Origin: Piromyces finnis finn
Lineage: Eukaryota > Fungi > Neocallimastigomycota
Length of the DNA: 64,000 bases
Direction of reading: 5' to 3'
Assembly: GCA_002104945.1 (NCBI GenBank)
Contig: MCFH01000019.1
Coordinates: 1 to 64,000 of the forward strand
The notes below the pieces were generated by a model. It ran no database searches, was not told where the DNA came from, and worked only from the letters and a program-made list of their open reading frames with translations. A program made the translations under genes and the position numbers. Below, in pieces: positions 48,350 through 60,648 of the stretch; position 1 is the stretch's first letter; each line of letters begins with the position of its first letter.

Positions 48350-49422
48350 GTTGGTATATATGGTATATATATTTCTTTTTATTATTATTACTAATATTGT
48401 TATCGTTATTTTTATTGTTATTATTTTATTATTTTTAAAATATGAATTTATAATAAAGGTATAATGAATAAAAAAAATAAAGAATTAGTAAATTGTTGAA
48501 ATTTGGTTTTCAATAATTAAAATCTGTCAGTGATAAATTATCTTATTAATTATAAAAATATATACATTTTAGAGATAAATTATATATGCTGTTGTGTTTT
48601 TATTTTTAAATATCTTTTAATCTTGTGTCTTTACAAGATGTCTGATATCTATATTGGTATTATTACAATTTATCTTGGTTGTTAAAATTACCTAAAATTT
48701 TATTTTTTTAAAAAAATTATGAGAACCAATATTATCCAATCATTATACTATATAATATATTGAAAATACTAAAATCAATATATTTTTTAAAATATTTTTC
48801 ATAACTATTAAATTTTAAAAATAATTAAAAATAATATCCTAATTTTTTATTATTTCATAATTAATTTTTAATTAAAATTAATGTATACAATAAATATTAA
48901 ATGTATTGTAATTAATTTATATTTTTGTGACTTTAAATTTAAAGATTTAATTTATTAGGAAGGATTATTTCTTTTATCTATTTTTTTTTTCTCAACTTAA
49001 TTTTAACAAATTTCAAAAAGGTAATTTTAATTGTAATTCTTAAAAATTAACAAATAAAATAAAGGAGTACACATCATTCAATCAATAAATATTAATAACT
49101 ACATTTAGGATAGTTAATATTAACAAATGTAAAAAATTAGATAAAGAAAATTGTTTCAATATGAAGTTGTTTCAACCACCACCACTCCAAACTAAAAATC
49201 ACAACTATTCATTATTATCATTAATATTAAAAAAATATTCAACGATATTAAATAATTTAAAGGAATAATAAATTTTATGAATAAATAATTAGATATATAC
49301 TTTTATGAATGCCTAAAAATTAAAATGAAATTTTATAAATTTTTCGAAATTTTATTTTAATTCTAAATTCTATTTTATTATTATATATTATAAAGTTAAG
49401 TACCATTAACTTTAAAATTATA

Positions 49423-51093
49423 ATGGTTCAAAAAGTAAGTATTTTCTATGATATTTATTAATAGGATAATTATCTTGATAATTGTCAATGCTGTTTATTA
49501 AAAAAAAATATGTATATATATATGTATAAATTGTTATTTAAATATTAGCGAAGAATATCAGAAAAACTTCAAAAAAATAAAAAGAAAAGAGTATCTCTTA
49601 CTAAATCTATAAAGTAATAAAAATTTAGAATATTTTATCAATTTAACCCTGAATAATAATTTATCTATTTTCAACTTTATATATATATGTATAATTATAA
49701 AAATTATTAGAACTACTCAAGAAGAGAATGAGGTATAATATTTTTAGCATAACATTAAAATACGACTTTTTATAAATGTTGATAATATACACTTTATTTT
49801 TTTTAACTTATTTTTAACTTTTTTTTATAGACATCATTTTCAGAAAAGAAATGTAGAGAATGGTTTAATTTCTATTGCAGTATGTAAATATATATATATA
49901 TTTTATACAATTTTATAATTGTATATACTAAAACCTTATTAAATAAAAAAAAAAAAAAAAAAAGAAAAAGATGATCCCGAAGAAATAGGTCCTGAGGGAA
50001 TAGAAAGATTTTGTTATGACTTAAATATTGGTCTTGAAAGTGTAATTATAGAATGAATATAAAAATTATTTCTTTATACCAAAATTTTATATAGTTTTTA
50101 GTATTAAATTTGATATCTATTTTCAAATTCAATAGAAAGAAATATTAATCATTGCTTATTTTATGGATGCAATGCAAATGGGATATTTCGAATATGATGA
50201 ATGGTTAAAAGGAATGAAGAAAATGCGGTAAGCTTCAGAAGTAGACAACATAAATTTTTGCTGAGAATTATAATTTTTGATTATCATAAAAATTTTTTTT
50301 TATAAATACAATTTTTTTTTTTTTTGATACATATCTATATACTCTTTTTTTTAACTATTAAAAAACTCTCATTTAAATTTATATAAATAAATATATATTT
50401 AAAAAAAAAAGTGTTGACTCTATAGAAAAACTAAAACAAAAATTACCTGAATTTGAAAGTTATTTGTTAGATCCGGTTTTTTTCAACAATCTTTACAAAT
50501 ACGCTTATAATTTTTCTAAAATAGACAATCAAAAATATATTGATTTGGAAGTTGCAATAGGTAATAATAATAATAAAGATAAAAATAATAATTACAACAA
50601 ACGAACGAACGAACAACAAAATAATAATACAAAGTTATTAATCTAACATTTTAAAAAAAAAGGTTTATGGAAAATTTTATTAGATGAAAATATATGTCCA
50701 ATAATGAATTCATTTATAGAATTTTTAAATGCTAATGAAAATGTTAAAGTTATAAATAAGGATCAATGGTCAAATTTTTTAGAGTTTTCAAATAATATTC
50801 CAGCAGATTTAAATACTTATGATGACGCTGGAGCATGTAAGTATATATTTGGTGTAGAAAAACCGTATTTTCCATTTAATTTTCATTTTTATAATAAATA
50901 TAATGAACTAAATAAATTAAATAATATTAATAAATATTTTACTTTATAAACACAGGGCCAGTACTATTTGATGTATGTATAATTATATATATATATTTTA
51001 AATTGAAATAATAATTAATATATATTAATATTATTTAAAATATAGGAATATATTTTATACTTGAAAGAACAACAACAAAGACAACTTATATAA
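49423..51093 (+). CDS. DCN1-like neddylation E3 (PONY domain; DCUN1D4/5-type without UBA), about 10 exons
   Basis: Short exons give MVQKRRISEKLQKNKKKR, FSEKKCREWFNFY, IGPEGIERFCYDL, MGYFEYDEWLKGM, LYKYAYNFSK, VINKDQWSNFLEF and YDDAGAWPVLFDEY, with the DAD-patch residues present. Stop TAA at 51091-51093. Confidence 0.9.
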
Positions 51094-51515
51094 TTTGGGT
51101 ATTATTTACTACTTTTTATGCGGGTATGAAAAAAGATGTCTTATCTTTTTGAAATGTTGGGTTTTTATTATTTTGCCTCTTATCTATGTAATTTATTATT
51201 ACTTTTAAACCATATACTATTTTAATTTGATGTTTTAATTTTTCGAATTAGGAAAAAAAAAAAGTTTTTTTTTTTTTTTTATTTTTTTTTATTTTCTTTG
51301 AAAAAGCATTATTTTTTTTGAATCGTAATAAAATGATATATATATTTATACTATTATTTGTATCATAAATATATGTATAAAACAATATTATTTATTTTTA
51401 ATATAATAATGCCATTAGAACTATGATGATAATTATTATTATATCTAAACATCATTAAACAAAATAGAAATAAGCAAAAAGCTTTTCTTTTTCTTTTATT
51501 TAAAAAATGTAATTT

Positions 51516-51550
<35 letters not shown>

Positions 51551-51692
51551 TTACTACTACTGATTTGTACATAATCCCAATTTTATAATTTTTTATAATA
51601 AAATTTTTTTTATTTAATATAATTAATATATTATAAATTTAATTATGGAGGTGTAAAGCATTAAAAAAAAATTTTTTTTTTATTATTTATTT

Positions 51693-51731
<39 letters not shown>

Positions 51732-51952
51732 TTAAAAAAAAAATTAAGAGTAGAATCAATTTAAATTATGTCATTCATATAGCATTTTAAAATAAAATCA
51801 ATGGAATAACTTAAATTGAATCTATTCAAAATTATTTTTAATAATATCTATTATAATTTCATATAAAGTTATTAATTTAATTATTTATTCTTTTTTTCAT
51901 ATCTATATAAAAACAATTTATAATTTAAATACATAGACCAATAGATAATAAC

Positions 51953-51985
<33 letters not shown>

Positions 51986-52031
51986 TTTAATTGAATTTTG
52001 AATTTTATTATAAATAAATATAGTAATAAAT

Positions 52032-55000
52032 ATGAGTAATTGGTATACTGAAGTATGTTCACATATAAGTGATCGTATAATTCATGATTACAATGAAAAT
52101 GAACTCTACACTCAAAAATCTTCATTATTTTTCCCAAAATCTCAATCAAATATTGTTATAAGATGGAAACTTTTTAATTTTAATAAAGATATTATATTTG
52201 AATTTCAAAGTCTTTCTTCCAAAGAAACAACTTATTCTTTTCCTTCAATAGAAGTTCACCTTCCAGAAGAAATTTTATCCAATGTACAAATATTTGAAGA
52301 TTATGATACAGGAAATATTCATGTTATGTTTTTAACCATTACTGGTTCATTTAATAGAGTTATTTTTGACGGTACCACCTATTTATATCAAAATGATTTA
52401 ACTTCCAAAGAACATTGGAAAGTATATCAAATTGAAAATTTAAAAGATGCTCCAGTATTATTTCATTGTATAGATATTGATACTTTTGTTGTAGCAACAG
52501 AAGATGGAGATTTAATAGTTATTGATTGCCCAAGACCATCAAATAATGAAATTTATGATAGTAAGTAGCCCTTTTTTTTTTCTAACTCAATGAATATTAT
52601 ACTTTTTTTTATATTGTAAAAAAAATATAGCATTTAATATTTATCATTAATTATCATATGTCCTCATGTATATATATAATTTTATATAATTACAATCACA
52701 ATCATATGCAATATATCAATTTTTTTTTTTCTTAATCTTCATCTAGATTCATATTATGAGCATGAAATTTCACAAAAAAATTTAATTACAAAAAATATAA
52801 AGTCATTATTTAAACCATTTTCATTAAATAAAGAAAGTGAAAGTAGTTCTCCTCAACAAATTGTTGATATTTCATCAATATTTTATAAATTAAAAATGAC
52901 ACTTTTTACCGTTTGTAGAGATAAGTATTTAAGAATATTTTCTTTATACGATTATTCATGTATAAAATCAATTTCTCTTGGGGAAATAATAAATAAGAAT
53001 ATTACCGATAAATCATTATTAAATGAAGAACCAGCACGTTACATTTCAATTTTTGATGTTAAACCAGAAATTAGTGGTCAGACTTTCAAAATAGCAGTAT
53101 ACCTACCAGAGTGCGAGGACTATGCTTCCTCTTTCATACTATTTAAGGGTAAATTAAATATAAATGGCGATTTTCAATATTTAAAACAAATAGGTGTAAA
53201 GGAATGCGATTTTAGCGATGTAGAAAATTGTAACATGGTTGATTTCCAAGTTGTTAAAAATGAAAAATCAGATTGGGTATTATGGGTAATATGGAAAAAG
53301 GAAAATAATGAAACGGTAATGCAACACATTACTGTTTTACACAAAAATAGTGAAGAGGAAGATGAAATTGAATATAATTGTTGGAATAAAGTTCTCACAA
53401 AAACAACTGATGAATTTGATTATGGTATAAATAATGGTCTTTCATCAATACAAGAAAAGTATATTGATTATATCTTCTTCCCAAATCGTTTTTCCTTAAC
53501 TATTCTTACCAATACATTAAACAAATATATAAAAATCACTCAAAACCTAAGCAATACTCCGTTAAACCAATGTATATTGAAAAATATCAATATTGAAAGT
53601 TTGAAAAAAATCATTATTGAAACCATCAGAAGTAACGTTATCATTGGAAAACAGTATAGTCATACCGATTTTTATAATGCCTATCAAAACTGTATTCAAA
53701 AGGAATATGAACGCTTTTTAAAGATTTGTTTAGAAGAATATAATATTCAGAATCAACCTCAATCTTTAGCTTACAATCCAATTTCATCCACCATCTTTAT
53801 CGTTAAAAGTACCAATGTATCAACTTTACGTCCTATCAGTACCATTGAAGTCATTCATAATTCCTTCTTGAAAAACATTAAGATGTCAAATCTTTTATTA
53901 TTACCATCAGAATCCTTCCAGGATAAACATTCTGAATTGGCAAATTATGAATTTAGAAACGATCTTCAAAAATACTTTATTACCTTAGATTTTATTATCC
54001 ATGCTTTCACAGTAGATCGTTGGCAAGAAATCCGTACCGAATTAGAGTATGAACTAAGTCAACATCTCTCTTTAGGTGTCACCTCATTTGCTCATGACTT
54101 TTACGAATACAATTTGAAGCCTGAATTAGAAGAATATAACAGTAATATGGTAAAATTATTAAAACGCATTCAACAACCAACAAAACTTATTGAAAGTATT
54201 CTTTCACTTTTTGAAGCTTTAAACATCAACTTCAAAAAGGAGAATTACAACGATGATAATTGTTTCATTGATGTACTTTTAGATATCAATAATATGCCTC
54301 CAACACTTAATCAATACATTGTTGGTATAGTTAGTTCAGGTATCCAACAAGTCATCGATAGCTACTACGAAACCTGTTTCTATTTATTAGTTGTATTAAT
54401 CTGCATCTACAATACTATGCCAAACCATTATTTACCGAATAAAATTGGATTATTAAAAAGATGTCAAACCTGTTTCTACATTTTATCTATTTTTAAATAC
54501 TTTATATCCTGTCCAACCAATAATTACAACATTCAAAATGATGAAAAGGAAATGGAATCTCAAGAAAATAATTCACAACCAAGAAGTACTCATAAACAAC
54601 TTCGTTTTGAACATAAACCATATCGTAAACCAAATTTAAATAAAAGATATACCGATAGTAAATCAGCACTTCCTCTCACTCAAGAACCCCAAGCCTTTAT
54701 GCATTATTTAATTAACCATTATTGTGATGTTGATATTGATTTTTCAACTCAACCTGGTCCATCAGTAATTAATTATACCGTATTTGAATGTATTAAACAA
54801 TTTATTACATGTGACTCTTCTCGCTTATTATTTGAAGAAGAAAGTTCCGTTTCAAGTAAAAAACTTAGAATGCTTCAAACTTATGTAGATCACTTCCCAT
54901 TATCCTTAATCTATTTAATTAATGATTTAGAAATTCATAATGTCTTTATAAATATATTACCTCGTTTAATTACCTATCTTCCAACACTCCCATCAACTCT

Positions 55001-55441
55001 CTATCTTCGTGGAAAAATATTATTACATATGGAAGAAAATGACAAAGCTCATGATTTATTCTTGAAAGCATCTACAGGATTTAGTGAGTTGACAAAAATT
55101 AATACTTATTACTGATTTATAAATATATATTTCTCTCCAGAAAAACATAAAGAAAACTAACCCATTTCATTTTATATCTTTTTGATATTTTATTTTACCT
55201 TTTTATAATTATTAAAAATGAACTATTAATGGTATTAGCAAGCGAAACTATTATTGATGAATCCTTATCAAATATATTGAAATTAAGTCGTTTGGAAATA
55301 TCTAATTTGGAAACCTATTATAAACATATTATTAATATGTTTGAAATAAGAAAATTACATCAACAAGTAATTAACTTTACTAACTATGCCATTGGATTAT
55401 ATTCCGATAAACAAAATTTAACCGAAAAAGTAAATCATTTA

Positions 55442-55535
<94 letters not shown>

Positions 55536-56514
55536 TATACGTAAAAGTATTATTTATAGTAAATAAGTACCCCTCAAAAAAAAAAGAATGCTATTTAATT
55601 AATAAACTTTTTATAATCTATATTAAATAAATAGGATAAAAGTGAAGTAGATTATTTCAAAAAGTTAAAATTCATTCATGATCTTGAATTACATAATTTT
55701 GATGAAGCCTATTCCTCCTTAGTTTCATTTTCTGACCCTGAAATGTAATGCTATTTTTTTTTAAAAGAATAAGATTAACAAAATCAAAAAAAAAAAAAGA
55801 TTTTTTTTTTATATATAAATATATTTTATATGATAATTAATATTTTTATTTTATTTTGTACAATTTTTTATTTTAAAAAACAAAACAACACGAAACAAAC
55901 AACCAAACAAAAAAATACAACACAAAATAGGAGAATATATTTGTTACGTCAATTTGTAACATCTATGATTAAGGCTGAAGAAATATTAAAATTATGTAGT
56001 TATTCCTACACTGGCATGGAAGAAGAATTCGAAAATATTATTTACTTCAAGATTAGAAATTCAAACATTCAATCTTTATTATATTCCAAAGCCTATGATA
56101 ATTCAAATCCATTTGAAGAACAAAAAACTCCAGAACCAGATTATAATAAAATTCTTTTCACTTATTATACCTTCAAGGGTAACTTTAGAGATGGTAAATT
56201 TGATTTTAAGTTGATAGCATGATAAATATAATAATATTTCTATAAGGAATACATTGTGTCATAATTCTAACTTGTAAACTATCTTTATAATTTTGTGTAT
56301 TTAGCTGCCCTTGTAATGTATTATTACTTCAAACAATTAAATTCTATTCTTTTAAATATTCAATCAGATGAAAAATTAAAGTTTATTATTTTAAGAGAAC
56401 AAAGTCAAAGTTTACTAGCTGTAATAAATTCATTAAGTTTAGTTAATGAAAAGAGTCGCTATTTGATGATAAAATGTGAAACTAGTTTAGATGAATTGAA
56501 TACTAATGTAACTC

Positions 56515-56557
<43 letters not shown>

Positions 56558-58527
56558 ATTACCAAAATACGATTTAAATATAGATATTTTAAAAGTTGAA
56601 ATATTAATAAAATTTATCCTATATATTATAACTATCAAATTAAATATAGACCAAGAAAAGAAGAAGAGTTCATTCATGCAATGATGAAGGTAAGTTTTTC
56701 CTATCAAAACTAATATTTATATGAATAATTTAATGATTGTTTTTTTTTTTTTTTTTTTAAATTCATTTTATATTTTCAACTATAATAATTCTAGTTATGG
56801 GAAGTAATCAAGCCATTGATATTATTCAATTATCCGAAATAAAAAAAGAATATTTATTATCATTAGCTAAGCTTGAATATATTAATTGTAATATTGAAGA
56901 TGCTGAAACAGCAGGTAAATAGCTTATAAATCATAAATTGATTATTATTTTAATAATAATAATAATAATAATAATAATCAACTTATTATTATTATTATTT
57001 GTTATTGTTGTTGTTGATGATGGTGATGATGATGATGATTAAATATCTATGTAATATTTTAATATGGCGATATTTAAATATTAATTTTTTTTTTATCTTT
57101 ATTTTTTTTATAACGATTTATAGTATCGAAGTATTTAGAAGAGAAAAAGTATGATAAGGCCGTTAATCTTGCAAGCCATTGGTCCATTGATTCCTCATTA
57201 TTATTCCAATCCTTAGCAAGTGAATGCATTGTTGATATGGAGAAATATGGGTAATTTAAATTTATTTTATTTTAATTCGTTATTTTATGGATTAAATAAT
57301 ATGTATATTTATTTATTTAATACTATATTCATTTTTATATTATATAATAATAATAATAATAATGATTAAATAGAAATGTCTTTAATGCAGAAGCCTTAAA
57401 TGATCAAACAAAGGCATGGAAACAATTAGAAGACTATCTCAAGGTATTTGAAAATTCTGAACACTTTAGTAGTTATAAGAAGATTGTTATGGAAACTTTA
57501 TTCTCCTTAGATCATGAAATTGTGTTACCAAAATGGCTTATGCAACAATATAAAGTAAATGTTGTTTTATTATGTTTTACATTATAACACTATAATACAT
57601 TATATTAATTCTTTTTTTTTTTATTAAAAATTTTTATAATAGAAAAAACACACTGAAGATGCTGTTCGTATATATTTAAAATATAATCGTATTGAAGATG
57701 CTACAAAATTATTAATTCATCAATGTCAAAAGGTAATAATCCTTTATTTACATAAAGGATGATTAACAAACATTAACATATATAATTGCAAAAAAAAAAA
57801 AAAAAAAAAAAAAAACAATCATTTACAAAAATTATTATTCATAAATTTATAATCATTATAACATAACTATTATTAGTATATTGAATCTTGTGCACCACAC
57901 AAAACAAGAATTTGGATTTCATTTGCATTATTAGATCAAGTTAAACTTGCTTTAAAAGAAAAAATAAAAGATCTTCGATTTGAAAAACTAAAGTTTGAAA
58001 AGTATGAATTAGGTTATATCAAATATGATTCCGAATCTAATTCCGATAGTGAAACAGATACAGAATCCGAAAATGAATCCAATTCAAAAAAGTCAACACC
58101 CATTGCTTCAGATGTCAATTCTGATTCTGAAGAAGAAGATTCTGAATTCCAACCAAATGACCATTCTGGTACTGAATCTGGATCTGAAAATGATGATAAT
58201 GATGATGGTGAAGAAGAAGAAGAAGAAGAAGAAGAAAATTCTGAATCTTCAATAGATAACAATGATGAAGATGAAAATGATCATGATAGTGAAAGTGAAT
58301 TTTCAGAAGAAGATACTAAAATCTATAATAATCCTTCGAAGAGTGATGATGAAGATAATATTATGTTGAGTGATATGCCATCAGGTAGTGTTGTTATCAT
58401 ACCTAAATCAAAGGAAGAAAAACGTGAATATAAAACTGTTTATAATTTCTTTATTGGTGAAGTTAAGCATCTTGAAAGTCTTTATTCTTCTTTAAAACAA
58501 AAAATAGATGTTGTATTAAAATTATAA
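52032..58527 (+). CDS. NUP160: Nucleoporin Nup160/Nup120 (Y-complex), multi-exon
   Basis: N-terminal beta-propeller-like segments (NIVIRWKL, IHVMFLTITGSFNRVIF, TLFTVCRDKYLRIFSL) precede an alpha-solenoid with Nup160-type segments (LRGKILLHMEENDKAHDLFLKAS, HNFDEAYSSL, LRQFVTSM, DYNKILFTYYTFKGNFRDAALVMY, QSLLAVINSLSLV, IWISFALLDQV). Stop TAA at 58525-58527. Confidence 0.85.
55442..55534. repeat. (AAT)n microsatellite, intronic in NUP160
   Basis: Read directly. It lies after the donor GTAAAT near 55430. Confidence 0.9.
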
Positions 58528-59390
58528 TCAATATTATAAAAATAATTTATTCTATACTTTTTACTAACAACAACAGTAACAACAATAACAATAACAACAG
58601 TAACAGTAACAACAACAGTAACAACAATAGCAACATCCTCTTTTCATAGTAAATTCTTTTCATATTTGAAAAAAAAAAAATAGAACATTTTTTTATATAT
58701 ATTTTCCTAATTTTTTTTTTTTTTAAAAAATTATTATTATTTTTATTATTATTAAAAACTTTTATTCCTTCATTAGTATACATTTTATCCTTTTTTTTTA
58801 TTATTATTATTTAAATATATAACTATATATTTTTTATACCATATCTTTAATTTTCCTTTTATATTTAATTAAAAATTATATTTTAAATGTTTTTTTTTTT
58901 AACCTTTCTTTTTTATTATTTAAATACATTATCAATTTATAATTTCATATTCATTTTAAAACTTAATAATAAAAAAAGAATATTAAAAAAAAGTTATTTT
59001 TTTTGTGTTGAAAAAAAAAAAAAAAAAATCTTTACAAAATGGTGGAATCAGACATTTCATCGGTTTTTTTTTTTTAAAATTTTAATAATAGAATCAGATA
59101 TGAAACAAATTGTAATATAAAATATTCACATTACTACACTCAATAATAATTAATAATAATAATTATCATTATATCTATATACATTAATATATTATGAAAA
59201 TACCTTTTTTTTTTTTTGTCTTTTTTTTTTTTGTTATCGTTATTGCTATTGATCATTAAAATCCTCTGATTAAAAAAATTTTTTTTGTAATGATTCGCTG
59301 ATACATTTGGACGTATATAAAATATTTTCATAGATGTCTATCCCTTAATAAAAAAAAAAAAATTATGACTAAAAATATATAAAATTAAAA

Positions 59391-59422
<32 letters not shown>

Positions 59423-59489
59423 TGCATATATCTGTATATTTTTTTTATAGTATTTTTTAAAATCAAACCTCATTATCTATGTCATAATA

Positions 59490-60423
59490 ATGGAAAAAGT
59501 AAATGATCGTGATTTAATAAATACAGTATCTTATTTTCTGTTATCATTTCTAAGTAGTTTTTATAGATACTATGATAGGCATTATTGTTGGTATCTTATT
59601 CCTAATAATAAATATTTAAGAAATAAAAGGAATGGAAATAATTATGACTATGCCGAAGATTTAATAAAAATTTATAAAACTTTTCAAAGATTAAGTAGTG
59701 AAAATTTTCAACATACTATAATAAATAGTAGTCGTAATGAATATGGCTTTATAAAATACTTTTTTTATCCAGAAAGTAAAAAAAACAATATATTTCCAAA
59801 TTTCTTTACCGAGGTTTACAAGACAACGAAAATTTATTCCTTGTATCTATTAAAGGTTTTTCTTCCAAATGTAAAAAGATTTCTCAATTATATGATGAAA
59901 TAAAAAGAGAAGGTATTAGTCCTACAATAACAATTCACAGAATAACATTAATAGGTTCATTTTTTCAAGATTCTAATACAAAATGTTTTAATTTAAAAAA
60001 AATAATAAAAGTATATTGTACTGTTTTATCATCTTTGATGAAAAAGGAATGATTGAAATTTCTGATATCTTTAAATTTGTTTCTAATAAGCAGCTTTATA
60101 AAAGAGGGAATTCAGTTATTAAAGGCCAGTACCTTGATTATATTTTAGGAAAAGAAAGTGATCTAGAGTATTATATGAAGGCTTTTTTTGAAAATAATAA
60201 TGAAAAAAGAAAAATCCCAAAATTTAGAAGTATATTTTTTGAATTTGGTTTAAATTTTTATAAAATTTGCAACCATAATTTCGAAGATGGAAAGGGAAAA
60301 CAAGTGTATTCAGATTCATCAGATCACCATAATTTCAAAGATAGAAGGGGAAAACAAGCAGAGTTGTATTCAGATCAATACCATTCCTTTGATGATGCAT
60401 CATGCTCATACAACCCAAACTAA
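59490..60423 (+). pseudogene. Intronless orphan ORF split by two apparent frameshifts at A-runs (pseudogene or homopolymer sequencing error)
   Basis: ORFs 59490-59903 and 60016-60423 are bridged by an open stretch in another frame from about 59780 (KQYISKFLYRGLQDNENLFLVSIKG...LYDEIKREGISPTITIHRITLIGSFF). The frame switches map to A-runs near 59778-59785 and 59995-60002. No family recognised. Confidence 0.45.
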
Positions 60424-60596
60424 AATTGATATTATATATCATTTTTCATTTTTTTTTTTTTTAAATTTAAATCGTATTTATATAAGATATTGAATACACA
60501 ATATTTATATTATTATTAATTATTATTAAATATTATTATTAAATATTATTATTAAATATTATTATTAAATATATTACTATTAAATATTATTATTAA

Positions 60597-60599
<3 letters not shown>

Positions 60600-60648
<49 letters not shown>

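Noticed and set aside
40223-51093. Possible functional cluster of F-box (SCF) and DCN1 (cullin neddylation) genes
   Set aside because: Both are common housekeeping families, about 7 kb apart and separated by an unrelated gene. Proximity alone is not evidence.
59030-59345. Protein-like minus-strand fragments (e.g. GIDIYENILYTSKCISESLQKK)
   Set aside because: No consistent start, splice or stop structure and no motif. Too weak to call.
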